From contig CACJPG010000001.1 in the NCBI GenBank assembly GCA_902595225.1, positions 71,269 to 135,268 on the forward strand: 64,000 nucleotides of DNA. Direction: 5' to 3'. This document shows, one piece after another, positions 50,518 through 61,411 of the stretch. Position 1 is the first letter of the stretch, and every line of letters begins with the position of its first letter. Origin of the DNA: an uncultured Thiothrix sp. Its GTDB lineage: Bacteria; Pseudomonadota; Gammaproteobacteria; Poriferisulfidales; GCA-002705445. The translations under genes and the position numbers were made by a program. A model generated the notes under the pieces. That model did no database searches and had not been told where the DNA came from. It worked only from the letters and a program-made list of their open reading frames with translations.

Positions 50518-51541
50518 AGTAGTTTAATATGACTAAAAATGATGTGAAATGTGAAAATAGGTCTACATTATTTAAGTGTTCGTCGTCAATAATTAGGTGG
50601 CTCTTCATTAAATTTTCGTGCTTAATTTTCTTTTCATAGCAAACTTCTTGTATTAACTTTCTACCTTCACCAATAGATGAAATAACGAGATCACTTTTTA
50701 TAGTTTTACAGATATGGCTTATATAACCTAACATATTTTCTAAAAAAATCTGTTTTAGCTGTTTTGAAATTGATATTACAATAGAATTATCTTTATAATT
50801 CTCATCTAAACCAAATGATCTTAATATTCTTCTACGAGAGTTTTCCTTTGAAAAGGGTAAATTATCAGACCCAACATACGGTAATTTGCTAAAATCTATA
50901 TCATCCAACATACAAAACACATCACCTGTTGTTGCATACACCTCCTTTATAATAGGCAAATCTTGATTATTAAATGATATTTTATCTGCTAACATTGCTA
51001 GAGGAGTACGAACAACACCCTGGTATAAAAGTGTCTTATTTTTTAAACGAGAAAAATCGTCTATATTTGCATCTAAATTCATGCCTTTATATATAAAATC
51101 TGTTGTTGTTGATCCAATATCAATAATTAAATTTATATTATTTAATCTCCTAATATAGTTTAAAGTCAACATCCAGTTCGTAGAATACAATTGTTCTGGA
51201 AATTTATCAGCTTGATAAAAATCTATATATGAATTGGAATTTGAGTAATATTTTATTTTACCAGATAAATTTTTTTCACATAAGTTTATAAGATAATTAA
51301 TTCCTTCACTGCGTGATGAAAAATTATCACAGGACTCTGCTGTAAAGGTTATAAGATGTAAACAGTTAGCAGAAGAGAATTTATTTAATACAAACTGAAA
51401 AAAATCTTCCAAGGGTTTTGTAGACTCCCAAATTGGTATTACTTCAAAGTAGGATTCAATAACTTCACATTTTGAATTACAAATTGCTAATTTCGTATTA
51501 GCGCCCCCAATATCCCATCCAAAGTAAATTTTGTTGTCCAT
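50498..51541 (-). CDS. orf9: Hydantoinase/oxoprolinase-family Orf9 (MfnF-like, methylofuran biosynthesis)
   Basis: GWDIGGANTK, TAESCDNF, IDIGSTTTD, GVVRTP. Confidence 0.85.
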   Translation of the reverse strand: MDNKIYFGWDIGGANTKLAICNSKCEVIESYFEVIPIWESTKPLEDFFQFVLNKFSSANCLHLITFTAESCDNFSSRSEGINYLINLCEKNLSGKIKYYSNSNSYIDFYQADKFPEQLYSTNWMLTLNYIRRLNNINLIIDIGSTTTDFIYKGMNLDANIDDFSRLKNKTLLYQGVVRTPLAMLADKISFNNQDLPIIKEVYATTGDVFCMLDDIDFSKLPYVGSDNLPFSKENSRRRILRSFGLDENYKDNSIVISISKQLKQIFLENMLGYISHICKTIKSDLVISSIGEGRKLIQEVCYEKKIKHENLMKSHLIIDDEHLNNVDLFSHFTSFLVILNYFEKNNE

Positions 51542-52509
51542 TATGATACACTTATAGAAAACTTCTTATTTTCTTTTATATTAAATTTAAAGCTTACATT
51601 ATTATAAAGCTCTGCTGGATTAAAACCTATAGATTCTCTTAAAAAAGTATATGATGTTGTTAGTCTGGGATTGATTTCCAAAAAAAATATTTCTTTGTTT
51701 TCAGAGATTATAAAATCCATTCCAAAAAAACCATCATACCCAGTAAACCCTTTTAATATATCTTGCACTATATGTTTAAAATCATTTATATGATCGTTAA
51801 AAGCACCGATTCTCATTTCTTTTAAAAAAATTTCATTAGCGGATTTTCTTTCGTATATTTGTTCATTTAAAGATAAAATTTCAAAGATACCATCTTTTGA
51901 AAATATATTAACACCAACAACTTGTCCCTTTATAAATTTTTGATAAATATGTTTTTTTGTTAAAAAATTTTTATTATTTTCCAAATCATTTCTATCTTTA
52001 AAAATATATAGCATATCAGCCCCAAGCCCATCTTTAATTTTTGCAACTATAGGTTCTTTTTCATTTATTTTCTTATAATCATTATGTATTAATTCTGTAT
52101 TAGGTAATTTATTTTTAATTAAATTATTAGTTTTTTGCTTATCGTAGGTCTCTTGTATAAAAACACTTGAACAATTTAAGTGAGGAATTTTTTTTTCTTC
52201 AAGAAATTTAATAATATTATATAAAATATTATTTTCTTCGGGAGCCAGTATAAAAGCCTTATCAAATTCATGAAATAAATTTAGTATTTCTAAATTTGCA
52301 TTGATATTATCATTTCGATATATAATATTTCCTTCTTTGAATAATTTTTGATTTTCTTTATTTATTAGAATAGATGTCTTAGAATCGGAGTACTTATTAG
52401 ATAAATTATTTATTTTTTCACTTATGATAATTTTTGCTTCATTAAGAAGAAAAGCATTTTTTTTAGTTATAACTTCGCCTAAAATATATTCGTATATTAA
52501 AATATTCAT
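51541..52509 (-). CDS. orf1: ATP-grasp protein Orf1 (MfnD-like)
   Basis: ILIYEY, LAPEEN, KIKDGLG, GFFGMDF, EINPRLTTSY. Confidence 0.8.
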   Translation of the reverse strand: MNILIYEYILGEVITKKNAFLLNEAKIIISEKINNLSNKYSDSKTSILINKENQKLFKEGNIIYRNDNINANLEILNLFHEFDKAFILAPEENNILYNIIKFLEEKKIPHLNCSSVFIQETYDKQKTNNLIKNKLPNTELIHNDYKKINEKEPIVAKIKDGLGADMLYIFKDRNDLENNKNFLTKKHIYQKFIKGQVVGVNIFSKDGIFEILSLNEQIYERKSANEIFLKEMRIGAFNDHINDFKHIVQDILKGFTGYDGFFGMDFIISENKEIFFLEINPRLTTSYTFLRESIGFNPAELYNNVSFKFNIKENKKFSISVS

Positions 52510-52515
52510 CTAAAT

Positions 52516-53184
52516 ATGAAATTAATCCCTGCTATAGATTTAAAAAATAATAAAGTAGTCATTCCATATGGTAATAGCAGATCTGACTACAAAGAAATAC
52601 CAAAAGATAAATCACCAACGTCTGACCCTATAAAATTTATAGATTTCCTATTATCTATTCATAATTTTAGCACAATATATATTGCAGATTTAGATTCAAT
52701 TAAAAGTTTCACAGAAAATAATTGCCTTATTAAAGAGATCCTGTGCAAATTTAATAATCTAAAATTTATTATAGATAATGGTACTCGCAAGTTCTCTCAA
52801 ATTAACTTTATAGATAACAATATGACTCAAATTATAGGTACCGAAACTTTTGTTGAATATGAAAAATTACATAAAAGTAATTTTAAAAATTTCATATTAT
52901 CTTTAGATATGAAGGATGGTAATGTTTTATGTAAAAATTCTAATTACAACTTACTATCACCGATAAAAACTATATGCATGAACCTAGATAATATAGGAAA
53001 AAATTATGGTATAAATAAAATTAATATAAAAAAAATTCATAATTTATATACAAATACTGAAGTTATATATTCAGGTGGAATTAGAAATCATAATGATGTA
53101 TTAGAGCTTAAAAATTTTGGAATCAATGAAGTAATACTTTTATCGTCAATACTCGACAAGAAGATTGATTATAAAATTCTCTAA
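52516..53184 (+). CDS. orf17: HisA/HisF-like TIM-barrel Orf17 of H4MPT clusters
   Basis: LIPAIDLK, RSDYK, YIADLDSI, IIGTET, ILSLD, GGIRN; next to orf1. Confidence 0.82.
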   Translation: MKLIPAIDLKNNKVVIPYGNSRSDYKEIPKDKSPTSDPIKFIDFLLSIHNFSTIYIADLDSIKSFTENNCLIKEILCKFNNLKFIIDNGTRKFSQINFIDNNMTQIIGTETFVEYEKLHKSNFKNFILSLDMKDGNVLCKNSNYNLLSPIKTICMNLDNIGKNYGINKINIKKIHNLYTNTEVIYSGGIRNHNDVLELKNFGINEVILLSSILDKKIDYKIL

Positions 53185-53188
53185 AAAT

Positions 53189-53809
53189 TTATTTTAGAAG
53201 TTTAGAAACTTCATTAATAATTTGAGTACATACATCTTCAAGAGGTAGCTTTGAATCAACTTTTTTTACTCTGTTAGCATTTGAACTTGCTATTTTTAAA
53301 TATCCATTATAAACATCATCAAAAAATTTATCAGACAAATTTTCAAATCTATCCTTAGATTTTGTCTTTGGAAATCTCTTCATTGCTAATTCGTATGATA
53401 AATCAAAAAAAATCGTAAGATCTGGAATTATTTTTTCTGTAAAATTTTCAATTAATAAATTTATTTTTTCCAAACTTACTTTTTTTCCATAACCTTGATA
53501 TGCTATCGACGCATCAATATATCTATCACATAAAACCCAAGTACCTTTATCAAGGTTAGGAATAATAATTTCGTTTATGTGCTGATTTCTGATGGAAAAA
53601 AGCAAAAGTGATTCTGACTCAGCTGTAATATTTGTATTATTATCAAGAAGAATATTACGTATTGATTCACCAAATTCCGTCCCACCAGGCTCTCTTGTAC
53701 AACACACTTCAATCCCTTTCTCTTGTAAATAATTTTGAATTTTTTTAATTGTTGTACTTTTCCCAACACCCTCTATACCTTCAAAGCTTATAAATTTTCC
53801 TTTATTCAT
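53189..53809 (-). CDS. tmk: Thymidylate kinase
   Basis: FEGIEGVGKST, TREPGG, LCDRY.DASIAYQG. Confidence 0.95.
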   Translation of the reverse strand: MNKGKFISFEGIEGVGKSTTIKKIQNYLQEKGIEVCCTREPGGTEFGESIRNILLDNNTNITAESESLLLFSIRNQHINEIIIPNLDKGTWVLCDRYIDASIAYQGYGKKVSLEKINLLIENFTEKIIPDLTIFFDLSYELAMKRFPKTKSKDRFENLSDKFFDDVYNGYLKIASSNANRVKKVDSKLPLEDVCTQIINEVSKLLK

Positions 53810-53815
53810 ATTTCT

Positions 53816-54814
53816 TTATTTTTGATATTTGTTTACAGCTTTTAAATGCTCATCATAAGTTTCTGAAAAAATATGTTCACCCTTATTATTAGATACAAAA
53901 TATAAATATTTACTAGTACTTGGCTTGCTTGCAGCTTTTATAGAACTTTCACTTGGCGAGCAAATCGGGGTTTTTGGTAAACCATTTATTTTATATGTAT
54001 TATATTCGTTTTTTGCATTTAAATCTTTCTTTGTAATATTCCCTTGAAAATTTTTCATACCGTAGATAACTGTAGGATCTGCCTGAAGTCTCATATTCTT
54101 ATTTAATCTATTTACAAAAACACTTGCAACTAAGGGCTTCTCAGAGCTTTTTGAGGTTTCCTTTTCTATTATTGAGGCCATAATAAGCATTTCATACTTT
54201 GTTTTGTATGGCAGTGAAAAATCTCTTTCAGTCCAATATGTTGAAAGTATTTTATTCATTTTAGAAATACAAGTACTTATAAAAGCTTCATAAGTTATAC
54301 CTTCGGCAAATTTATAAGTATCTGGAAAACATAGTCCCTCCAAAGACTCATAATCAAGACGAGATATATAAATTTCTTCGTATTTTGTATCAAACTCTGA
54401 GCTATCAATTTTGCTGTTATTTAGGAGAGTTTGTTTTATATCACTATATGTCGAACCCTCTATAATAGTTATGTGCTCTTGAATAACTTTGCCGTTAATG
54501 AGCTTTCGCAATAGAGAATATTCAGTATCACCTTTCTTTACTCTATAAGTACCGTTTTTAAATATAGGATTGTAATCGTAAAGATATGCTAAAATTTTAA
54601 ATCTTAATTCTGAATTTATATATCCATTTTCTCTTAATTGTCTAATTGTTTTTCCAACTGAATCACCAGATTTAACTTTAATAAGCAAGTGGGAATTTTT
54701 TTTTATAATTATATTATTAAATGAAAAATTTAAATATGATAAAAAAATAAAAGATATTAAAAAAGTGAAAAAAATTAAAAATTTCGCTGTGGTTTCTTTA
54801 TTAAAATTTGTCAT
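53816..54814 (-). CDS. mltG: Endolytic transglycosylase MltG
   Basis: EGLCFPDTY, ASIIEKET, LQADPTVIY, YNTY..GLPKTPI. Confidence 0.94.
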   Translation of the reverse strand: MTNFNKETTAKFLIFFTFLISFIFLSYLNFSFNNIIIKKNSHLLIKVKSGDSVGKTIRQLRENGYINSELRFKILAYLYDYNPIFKNGTYRVKKGDTEYSLLRKLINGKVIQEHITIIEGSTYSDIKQTLLNNSKIDSSEFDTKYEEIYISRLDYESLEGLCFPDTYKFAEGITYEAFISTCISKMNKILSTYWTERDFSLPYKTKYEMLIMASIIEKETSKSSEKPLVASVFVNRLNKNMRLQADPTVIYGMKNFQGNITKKDLNAKNEYNTYKINGLPKTPICSPSESSIKAASKPSTSKYLYFVSNNKGEHIFSETYDEHLKAVNKYQK

Positions 54815-55620
54815 ACATTTTCGTCAATTAAAATTTTTATTCTATTTACAAGATCGCTATTTTGATATCTGGTGTTTCCAATTGATCTGATGTTCCATAT
54901 TTTTCTTATAGAGTTACAAAAAAAAGCAGCATCGTAATTTATCACGTCGGCTTTCTTAATATTCAAAGTTTTTGTAGAAATACCATTCCTTTTTAAGATA
55001 TTGATAATTATATTTTTCATTACACCTTCTACCCCATAGCCTTTAATATTAGGAGTAAAAATTTTATTTTTTTTTATAAAAAAAATATTACAAGATGTGC
55101 CCTCAATAATATAATCTTTTTCATTGCATAAAATTATTTCAGGATATTTTTTTGAAATTTCATTTGTAGCTAAAATATAATCAACTTTATTACAATGTTT
55201 AATAGAATCTATATTTTTATTAAGGAATAATTTAATATTTGAAAATTTTGTATTTATACCTTTTGTATAATATATTTTCGGATATTTAGGGATTTTTGAT
55301 GTTGTAATAATGATGCTAGGTTTATTTGATAATTTTAAATCGTACCCTCTTTTTGATGCTTCGCCTCTAGTAATATTTATTCCTAACACACAATTATTTT
55401 GATCACTTAATGCTTTTTTGATATGCTTTCTGAGCAACTCAATATTGAAATTTTTGATTTTTAGCTGGTTTATACCCTTTTTTAACCTTTGAAGATGTTG
55501 TGTAAGATTTTGTGGTATTTTATTTTCAACTAAAATCGTTTCAAAAACAGCATCGCCATATAAAAAACCCCTATCAAATATTTTAATACTTGAGTTTGGT
55601 TTGCCATTAACAAGATTCAT
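54811..55620 (-). CDS. pabC: Aminodeoxychorismate lyase
   Basis: DRGFLYGDAVFET, HLQRL, IKH.N, EGTSCN; between fabF and mltG. Confidence 0.88.
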   Translation of the reverse strand: MNLVNGKPNSSIKIFDRGFLYGDAVFETILVENKIPQNLTQHLQRLKKGINQLKIKNFNIELLRKHIKKALSDQNNCVLGINITRGEASKRGYDLKLSNKPSIIITTSKIPKYPKIYYTKGINTKFSNIKLFLNKNIDSIKHCNKVDYILATNEISKKYPEIILCNEKDYIIEGTSCNIFFIKKNKIFTPNIKGYGVEGVMKNIIINILKRNGISTKTLNIKKADVINYDAAFFCNSIRKIWNIRSIGNTRYQNSDLVNRIKILIDENV

Positions 55621-55623
55621 AAA

Positions 55624-56874
55624 TTACATGCGTTTGAATATTAATGTTCCATTTGTTCCACCAAAACCAAATGAGTTTGACATGCTCACATCGATTTTTG
55701 TTTCCCTAGCATTATTTGGAACATAATCTAAGTCACATTCTGGATCTTTTTCGTTTAAATTTATTGTAGGCGGAATAATGTTATCTCTTATAGATAAAAT
55801 ACTGAAAACTGCTTCTACCCCACCAGCTGCTCCTAACAAATGTCCTATCATGGATTTTGTAGAGCTAATAGGAGTTTTCTTTGCAATTTCAAGCCCTAAA
55901 GCATTTTTTATTGCGTCCGTTTCAGCCTTATCACCTGCAGGAGTGGAAGTCCCATGTGCATTTATATAATCGACATCATCTTTATTTAATTTTGCTTCAC
56001 TTAATGCTTGCTGCATACATTTTGATGCTCCGACACCACCAGCAGCGGGTTGCGTCATATGGTGCGCATCGCTATTCATCCCAAAGCCAGCAAGTTCACA
56101 ATAGATTTTTGCATTTCTTTTTTTTGCAGATTCATAGTCCTCTAATATTAAAATTCCAGCTCCATCGCCTAAAACAAATCCATTTCTGTTTATATCCCAT
56201 GGCTTACTTGCTGTTTCAGGATCATCATTATTTGTTGAGCATAGCGCTTTAGCAGATGCAAAACCACCAATCCCTAAGGGGCATGTTGCCATTTCAGCGC
56301 CGCCAGCAATCATACAATCAACATAACCATGCTTAATAAGTCTTGCCGCATCTCCAATACTGTGAGTTCCTGTAGCACAAGCTGAGACTAAAGACATGTT
56401 TGGTCCAGTAATACCATATTTAATTGATAGGTTTCCTGAGACCATATTTATTATAGAGCTTGGAACAAAAAAAGGAGATATTTTTCTTGGGCCGCTTTGA
56501 AGAAAATTTCCATAATTTTTTTCTATATAAGGTAAGCCACCAATGCCAGAGCCAATAGAAATTCCAATTTTATCAGCATTTGATTCATTAATCTCCAAAC
56601 CTGAATCTTCGATAGCCATAACACTTGCACCAATGCCATAATGAATAAAAGTATCCATTTTTCTTTGCTCTTTTGGGCTTATGTAATCATCAGCATTAAA
56701 ATCTATTATTGATCCAGAAATTTGAACTGAAAATGAACTGGCATCAAAGGAATCTATTTTTCTAATTCCACTGACCCCGTCTTTAATATTGTTCCATGCT
56801 TTTTCTACTAACGAGCCGACTGGTGAAACTAATCCTAAACCTGTTACAACAACTCGTCTTATACTATCTGTCAT
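55624..56874 (-). CDS. fabF: 3-oxoacyl-ACP synthase II
   Basis: RRVVVTGLG, SACATG, NAHGTST, GHLLGAAG, SNSFGFGG. Confidence 0.96.
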   Translation of the reverse strand: MTDSIRRVVVTGLGLVSPVGSLVEKAWNNIKDGVSGIRKIDSFDASSFSVQISGSIIDFNADDYISPKEQRKMDTFIHYGIGASVMAIEDSGLEINESNADKIGISIGSGIGGLPYIEKNYGNFLQSGPRKISPFFVPSSIINMVSGNLSIKYGITGPNMSLVSACATGTHSIGDAARLIKHGYVDCMIAGGAEMATCPLGIGGFASAKALCSTNNDDPETASKPWDINRNGFVLGDGAGILILEDYESAKKRNAKIYCELAGFGMNSDAHHMTQPAAGGVGASKCMQQALSEAKLNKDDVDYINAHGTSTPAGDKAETDAIKNALGLEIAKKTPISSTKSMIGHLLGAAGGVEAVFSILSIRDNIIPPTINLNEKDPECDLDYVPNNARETKIDVSMSNSFGFGGTNGTLIFKRM

Positions 56875-56898
56875 ATTTTTAAATTAGACCAATTATGC

Positions 56899-57132
56899 TT
56901 ACTTACTGTTGGCATTAACATAAGCGTTAGCTTGGGCTACAGTAGTTATTTTTTCAGCTTCCTCGTCTGGGATTTCACAATCAAATTCTTCTTCGAGTGC
57001 CATTACAAGCTCAACAGTATCAAGTGAGTCTGCACCTAAATCATCTACAAAAGAAGCATTATCTGTAATTTGTTCTTCCTTTACTCCAAGCTGTTCCATT
57101 ATTACTTTTTTTACTCTATCTTCGTTGCTCAT
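56899..57132 (-). CDS. acpP: Acyl carrier protein
   Basis: [20 protein letters not shown]. Confidence 0.98.
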   Translation of the reverse strand: MSNEDRVKKVIMEQLGVKEEQITDNASFVDDLGADSLDTVELVMALEEEFDCEIPDEEAEKITTVAQANAYVNANSK

Positions 57133-57210
57133 GATGTCCCCTATTTGGTTAAAAGCTACATTTTGAAAACTCGCTTATTCTATTAAATATATGCAATTTA
57201 ATCCATGCTT

Positions 57211-57954
57211 TTATTGCATGTACAAACCACCGTTAACGTGTATTGTTTCTCCAGTTATATATTCTGCTTTTTCTGATGCTAAAAAAGCTACAGCATAGGC
57301 TATATCCGCAGCTACACCCATTTTGGACATGGGGATATCCTTTGAAATTTGTTCTTTTTGAGCATCGCTAAGCTTATCTGTCATATCAGTAGTAATAAAT
57401 CCAGGAGAAACACAATTTACTGTAATTCCTCTTGTGGCAACCTCTCTTGCAAGTGACTTACAAAAACCAATCATACCAGATTTTGTAGTAACGTAGTTAG
57501 TTTGCCCAGCATTTCCGGTGTTTGCGACAACTGAAGATATACATATTATTCTACCTTTTCTCTTTTTTATCATAGGCTTAAGAAATATTTTTGATATTGT
57601 ATATAAAGAGTTTAAATTTGTATTAATTGTTTTGAACCATTGATCATCAGACATCCTTATGAGCAAATTATCATTTGTAATTCCTGCATTATTAACAACA
57701 ACATCAGGCGTTTCAGAGAAGTCTTTATTTATATCAGAATATAGCTTCTCAATAGAATGTTCATCTGTGATATCCAAAATGTAAGCAGAGCCTTCTATAT
57801 TATTGCTCTTTAGCTCTTCCCTAAGTCCGTCAGTAGATTGCTGGCTTGTCCCTGTGCCAGCTATAAGGAAACCGTCGTTGGCAAGCTCCTTCGCAATGGC
57901 CAAGCCAATCCCTCGAGTTGCCCCAGTTATAAGTGCTATTTTTTTATTTTTCAT
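57211..57954 (-). CDS. fabG: 3-oxoacyl-ACP reductase
   Basis: TGATRGIG, NNAGIT, GNAGQTNY..K, VNGG. Confidence 0.95.
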   Translation of the reverse strand: MKNKKIALITGATRGIGLAIAKELANDGFLIAGTGTSQQSTDGLREELKSNNIEGSAYILDITDEHSIEKLYSDINKDFSETPDVVVNNAGITNDNLLIRMSDDQWFKTINTNLNSLYTISKIFLKPMIKKRKGRIICISSVVANTGNAGQTNYVTTKSGMIGFCKSLAREVATRGITVNCVSPGFITTDMTDKLSDAQKEQISKDIPMSKMGVAADIAYAVAFLASEKAEYITGETIHVNGGLYMQ

Positions 57955-58877
57955 ATGCTTCCCACAATCTCTAAGGCTGTTTCTAAGCTATTTGAGTCTG
58001 ATACTGATAGTGATTTTATACTATTATCTATTCTTTTGTTAAAAGAAGTTAAAACTTTTCCTGGTCCAAGCTCAAGAAGTGTATCAACACCCTGCTGCTC
58101 CATATATTCTATCGTCTCAACCCATCTAACCGATGAATATAGTTGTCTTACCAAAGCATCTTTAATATTTTTTTCTATTTTTTCGTTTTTTACATCTACG
58201 TTATTAATAACCGGTATTAATGGTTCTGAAATCTTAATATTTTTAATAAATTCTTTAAAAATTTCTGATTGTTCCTGCATTAGATACGAATGAGACGCAA
58301 CACTTACTGGAAGAGGTATAATTTTTTTCGCTTTTTTTAACATAGCAAGATCTGATAACTTTTTCACACCATTATTGGTTCCAGAAATAACTATTTGTCC
58401 AGGAGCATTAATATTTGCTATGCTGACTTCAGTTAGCTTATTCTCATCATAAACACTTTTTAAATCATCATAATCAATACCAATGATTGCGGCCATAACT
58501 CCCTCAGGTGCAGCTTTCATGCATTCGGCTCTTTTTTTAACAAGCTTAACTGCGTCCTTAAATTTTACAGCTTCAGAAGCACAAAGGGCTGTATATTCTC
58601 CAAAACTGTGCCCTGCCAGAAAGATGGGTTTTTCTCCACCTTCATCGTTCCATATTTTCCAGACCGAAAAAGCAGAACATAGCATTATGGGTTGAGTAAA
58701 TTCTGTGTCATTAATTTTGGATTCGGGACCATTTTTTGTAATTTTCCACAAATCGCATGAAAGATAATCTGAAGCTTCTTCAAAAATTTCAGAAACTACT
58801 TTGAATGATGACTTTAAGTCTTTAAGCATACCTATACTTTGTGATCCCTGCCCAGGAAACAAGATACCTAAACTCAT
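57951..58877 (-). CDS. fabD: Malonyl-CoA:ACP transacylase
   Basis: FPGQGSQ, GHSFGEY, LPVSVASH, ELGPGKVL. Confidence 0.96.
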   Translation of the reverse strand: MSLGILFPGQGSQSIGMLKDLKSSFKVVSEIFEEASDYLSCDLWKITKNGPESKINDTEFTQPIMLCSAFSVWKIWNDEGGEKPIFLAGHSFGEYTALCASEAVKFKDAVKLVKKRAECMKAAPEGVMAAIIGIDYDDLKSVYDENKLTEVSIANINAPGQIVISGTNNGVKKLSDLAMLKKAKKIIPLPVSVASHSYLMQEQSEIFKEFIKNIKISEPLIPVINNVDVKNEKIEKNIKDALVRQLYSSVRWVETIEYMEQQGVDTLLELGPGKVLTSFNKRIDNSIKSLSVSDSNSLETALEIVGSI

Positions 58878-59024
58878 CTAAATTTACCTCGTATGTTTTG
58901 ACTTATTTTTTATAAACATTTGATAAGCCTTATTTCTATAAAAACAAAAATCTGTTATATTCACAATAAGTTTTTTAACTTAAATTTATTAATAATACAA
59001 TATATAATTTACAAAAATTAATTT

Positions 59025-59243
59025 ATGGCAAAAGAAGAACATATAGAAATGGATGGCATTGTTGTTGAGACTTTGCCAAACACAATGTTTAGAGTAGAGT
59101 TAGAAAATGGGCATATCGTAACAGCGCATATTTCTGGAAAAATGCGTAAAAACTATATCAGAATTTTGACAGGCGATAAGGTCACAGTTGCTTTAACACC
59201 ATATGATCTTACCAAAGGAAGAATTACTTTTAGAGATAGATAA
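59025..59243 (+). CDS. infA: Translation initiation factor IF-1
   Basis: [14 protein letters not shown]...[14 protein letters not shown]. Confidence 0.98.
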   Translation: MAKEEHIEMDGIVVETLPNTMFRVELENGHIVTAHISGKMRKNYIRILTGDKVTVALTPYDLTKGRITFRDR

Positions 59244-59269
59244 TATTATTTGATAAATATATTAAGAAA

Positions 59270-59722
59270 ATGTCATGGATTCCTCATATCACAGTAGCTT
59301 CGGTAATTGAAAAAGAGAAAAAATATCTTTTTGTTGAGGAATATGTAAAAGACCTAAAAGTACTTAACCAGCCTGCTGGACATCTGGAAGAAAATGAAAC
59401 GATCGAAGAAGCCTGCGCGCGCGAGACCTTAGAAGAGACTGCTTACAAAGTGAAAGTTGATTACCTCATTGGTATTTACCAAGAGAGAGGAAAGGATGAA
59501 ATTGATATGTGGTTGAGATTTTGCTTCAAATGCTCAATCATTGAAGAGTTTAACGAAAGAGCGCTTGATAAGAACATAATAAGAAAAGTTTGGCTTGAGA
59601 AAAAGGAAATTATAAATCCTGATATTAACTTACGCAGTAGCATGGTATTGAGGTGTATCAATGACTACGAAAAAGGTATCAAATTCCCAAAGGAACTGAT
59701 TAGTTCATTTCTAGAAAAATGA
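59270..59722 (+). CDS. nudJ: Nudix hydrolase NudJ-like
   Basis: PHITVA, NQPAGHLE, RETLEET; precedes mnmA. Confidence 0.85.
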   Translation: MSWIPHITVASVIEKEKKYLFVEEYVKDLKVLNQPAGHLEENETIEEACARETLEETAYKVKVDYLIGIYQERGKDEIDMWLRFCFKCSIIEEFNERALDKNIIRKVWLEKKEIINPDINLRSSMVLRCINDYEKGIKFPKELISSFLEK

Positions 59723-60810
59723 AAGATAAAATTCTAATTGGGCTATCAGGTGGTGTTGATTCATCAGTATCATTAAAAATTCTCAAAGATAAAGGCTTTA
59801 AAGTCGAAGCTCTTTATATGAAAAATTGGGATGAAGATGATTCTCAGCAAGGATGTAATGCGAAAGAGGATTTGGAATATGCATCTGATGTTTGTAATAA
59901 GCTTAATGTCAAGCTCAATACAGCAAACTTCTCGGATGAATACTGGAATAAAATATTTACGCATTTTCTTGATAGCTATAAAAGTGGATACACTCCAAAT
60001 CCAGATATTCTCTGCAATAAATATATAAAATTTAAAGTATTTATTGATCATGCAAAGAAACTTGGTTTTGATAAAATTGCAACAGGACACTATGCAAAAA
60101 TAGTAAAAAAAAATAATTATCTTTATCTTAAAGTACCATTAGATTTGGCAAAGGATCAAACTTACTTTTTACACTCACTTGATCAAAAACAATTAAGTAA
60201 TGTTATTTTTCCACTTTCTGATATTACAAAACAAGATGTTAAAAAAATAGCAGAAGTAAATAGTTTTAAATCATTTAATAAAAAGGAAAGCATGGGTATT
60301 TGCTTTATAGGTAATAAAAAGTTTAAGAATTTTATAAAAAATTATATTAAAAATAGTCCTGGAAAAATTTTAGATTTTGAAGGTAATATTATTGGAGAGC
60401 ATGACGGAATTTTTTATGCAACGATTGGTCAAAGAGAAGGTATCGGGATAGGCGGAATAAAAAATAAAAAAAATCTTCCTTGGTATGTCTATAAAAAAGA
60501 TATCAAAAATAATACATTATATGTTTGCCAAGGAAACGATAATAGTTTGCTGTTTACAAATACTATTTATTTGAAGAATCTACACATTACAGACAATAAC
60601 GAAGAAACAATTTTGAAAAATTCATTGAAATGTCAAATTAGACATCAAGGGGAAAAATATATATGCAATATTAGTAAAATTGATAATGAAAAATACTTGG
60701 TTAATGTAAATCAACCCATAAGAGCAGCTGCCCCTGGTCAATCTCTTGTTCTTTTTGAAAATGACGTTTGTCTAGGTGGAGGTATAATTTCTGATGATAA
60801 ACATTACTAA
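59719..60810 (+). CDS. mnmA: tRNA-specific 2-thiouridylase
   Basis: SGGVDS, MKNW, TPNPDILCN, ATGHY, KDQTYFL, PGQ. Confidence 0.96.
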   Translation: MKDKILIGLSGGVDSSVSLKILKDKGFKVEALYMKNWDEDDSQQGCNAKEDLEYASDVCNKLNVKLNTANFSDEYWNKIFTHFLDSYKSGYTPNPDILCNKYIKFKVFIDHAKKLGFDKIATGHYAKIVKKNNYLYLKVPLDLAKDQTYFLHSLDQKQLSNVIFPLSDITKQDVKKIAEVNSFKSFNKKESMGICFIGNKKFKNFIKNYIKNSPGKILDFEGNIIGEHDGIFYATIGQREGIGIGGIKNKKNLPWYVYKKDIKNNTLYVCQGNDNSLLFTNTIYLKNLHITDNNEETILKNSLKCQIRHQGEKYICNISKIDNEKYLVNVNQPIRAAAPGQSLVLFENDVCLGGGIISDDKHY

Positions 60811-61411
60811 GATCTCTGATGATTACATTATGGCGCTTTCTGCACTAATACAAAGTGCATTTATCGTCGAAAAAATAGCTACTTCATCTAAAGAAATTGA
60901 TAATGATATGAAAATTTTATTGGAAAGCATATATAAAACAGAGACTTTTAGTGCTGAAAATATATATGGCCACAAAAGAAATTTATCAATAGGTTTAAAC
61001 GTATTAAAAAATATTCTTAATGGAAATAATGAAATTTACTTAATGAATACACAAAAATACGCTTTATCTATGATGCTAATTCAAAAAAATATAAGTAAAA
61101 TTAATGACTTACAAGATTTAATCAGAAAAAAAATTGATAATTACAATGAAAATAGTATGATGGCTACAAATTTTGAAGACCTAATTAGTTATTCAGAAAA
61201 AATATACACTGAATATATCGCAATTATAAGGCCTAGAGTCATCATATCTGGGAAAAAAGAGTTTTTAGAGGCTAACTCTTCGCTTATAAGGGCATTGCTA
61301 CTGAGTGGAATAAGAGCTGCGTTTTTATGGCATTATCATGGTGGATCGAAATGGCAGCTAATGTTTAGGAGAAGCGAAATTTTAAATAAATGTAACAACT
61401 TTTTTATTTAA
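60794..61411 (+). CDS. hflD: HflD (DUF489) family protein
   Basis: PRVIISG, IRALLLSGIRAAFLW..GG.KWQL; after mnmA. Confidence 0.9.
   Translation: MINITKISDDYIMALSALIQSAFIVEKIATSSKEIDNDMKILLESIYKTETFSAENIYGHKRNLSIGLNVLKNILNGNNEIYLMNTQKYALSMMLIQKNISKINDLQDLIRKKIDNYNENSMMATNFEDLISYSEKIYTEYIAIIRPRVIISGKKEFLEANSSLIRALLLSGIRAAFLWHYHGGSKWQLMFRRSEILNKCNNFFI

Noticed and set aside
55881-58293. Antisense ORFs of 60-151 aa over fabF/fabG/fabD, and similar ones across the window such as 62417-62866
   Set aside because: Shadow frames opposite well-conserved genes, with no motifs
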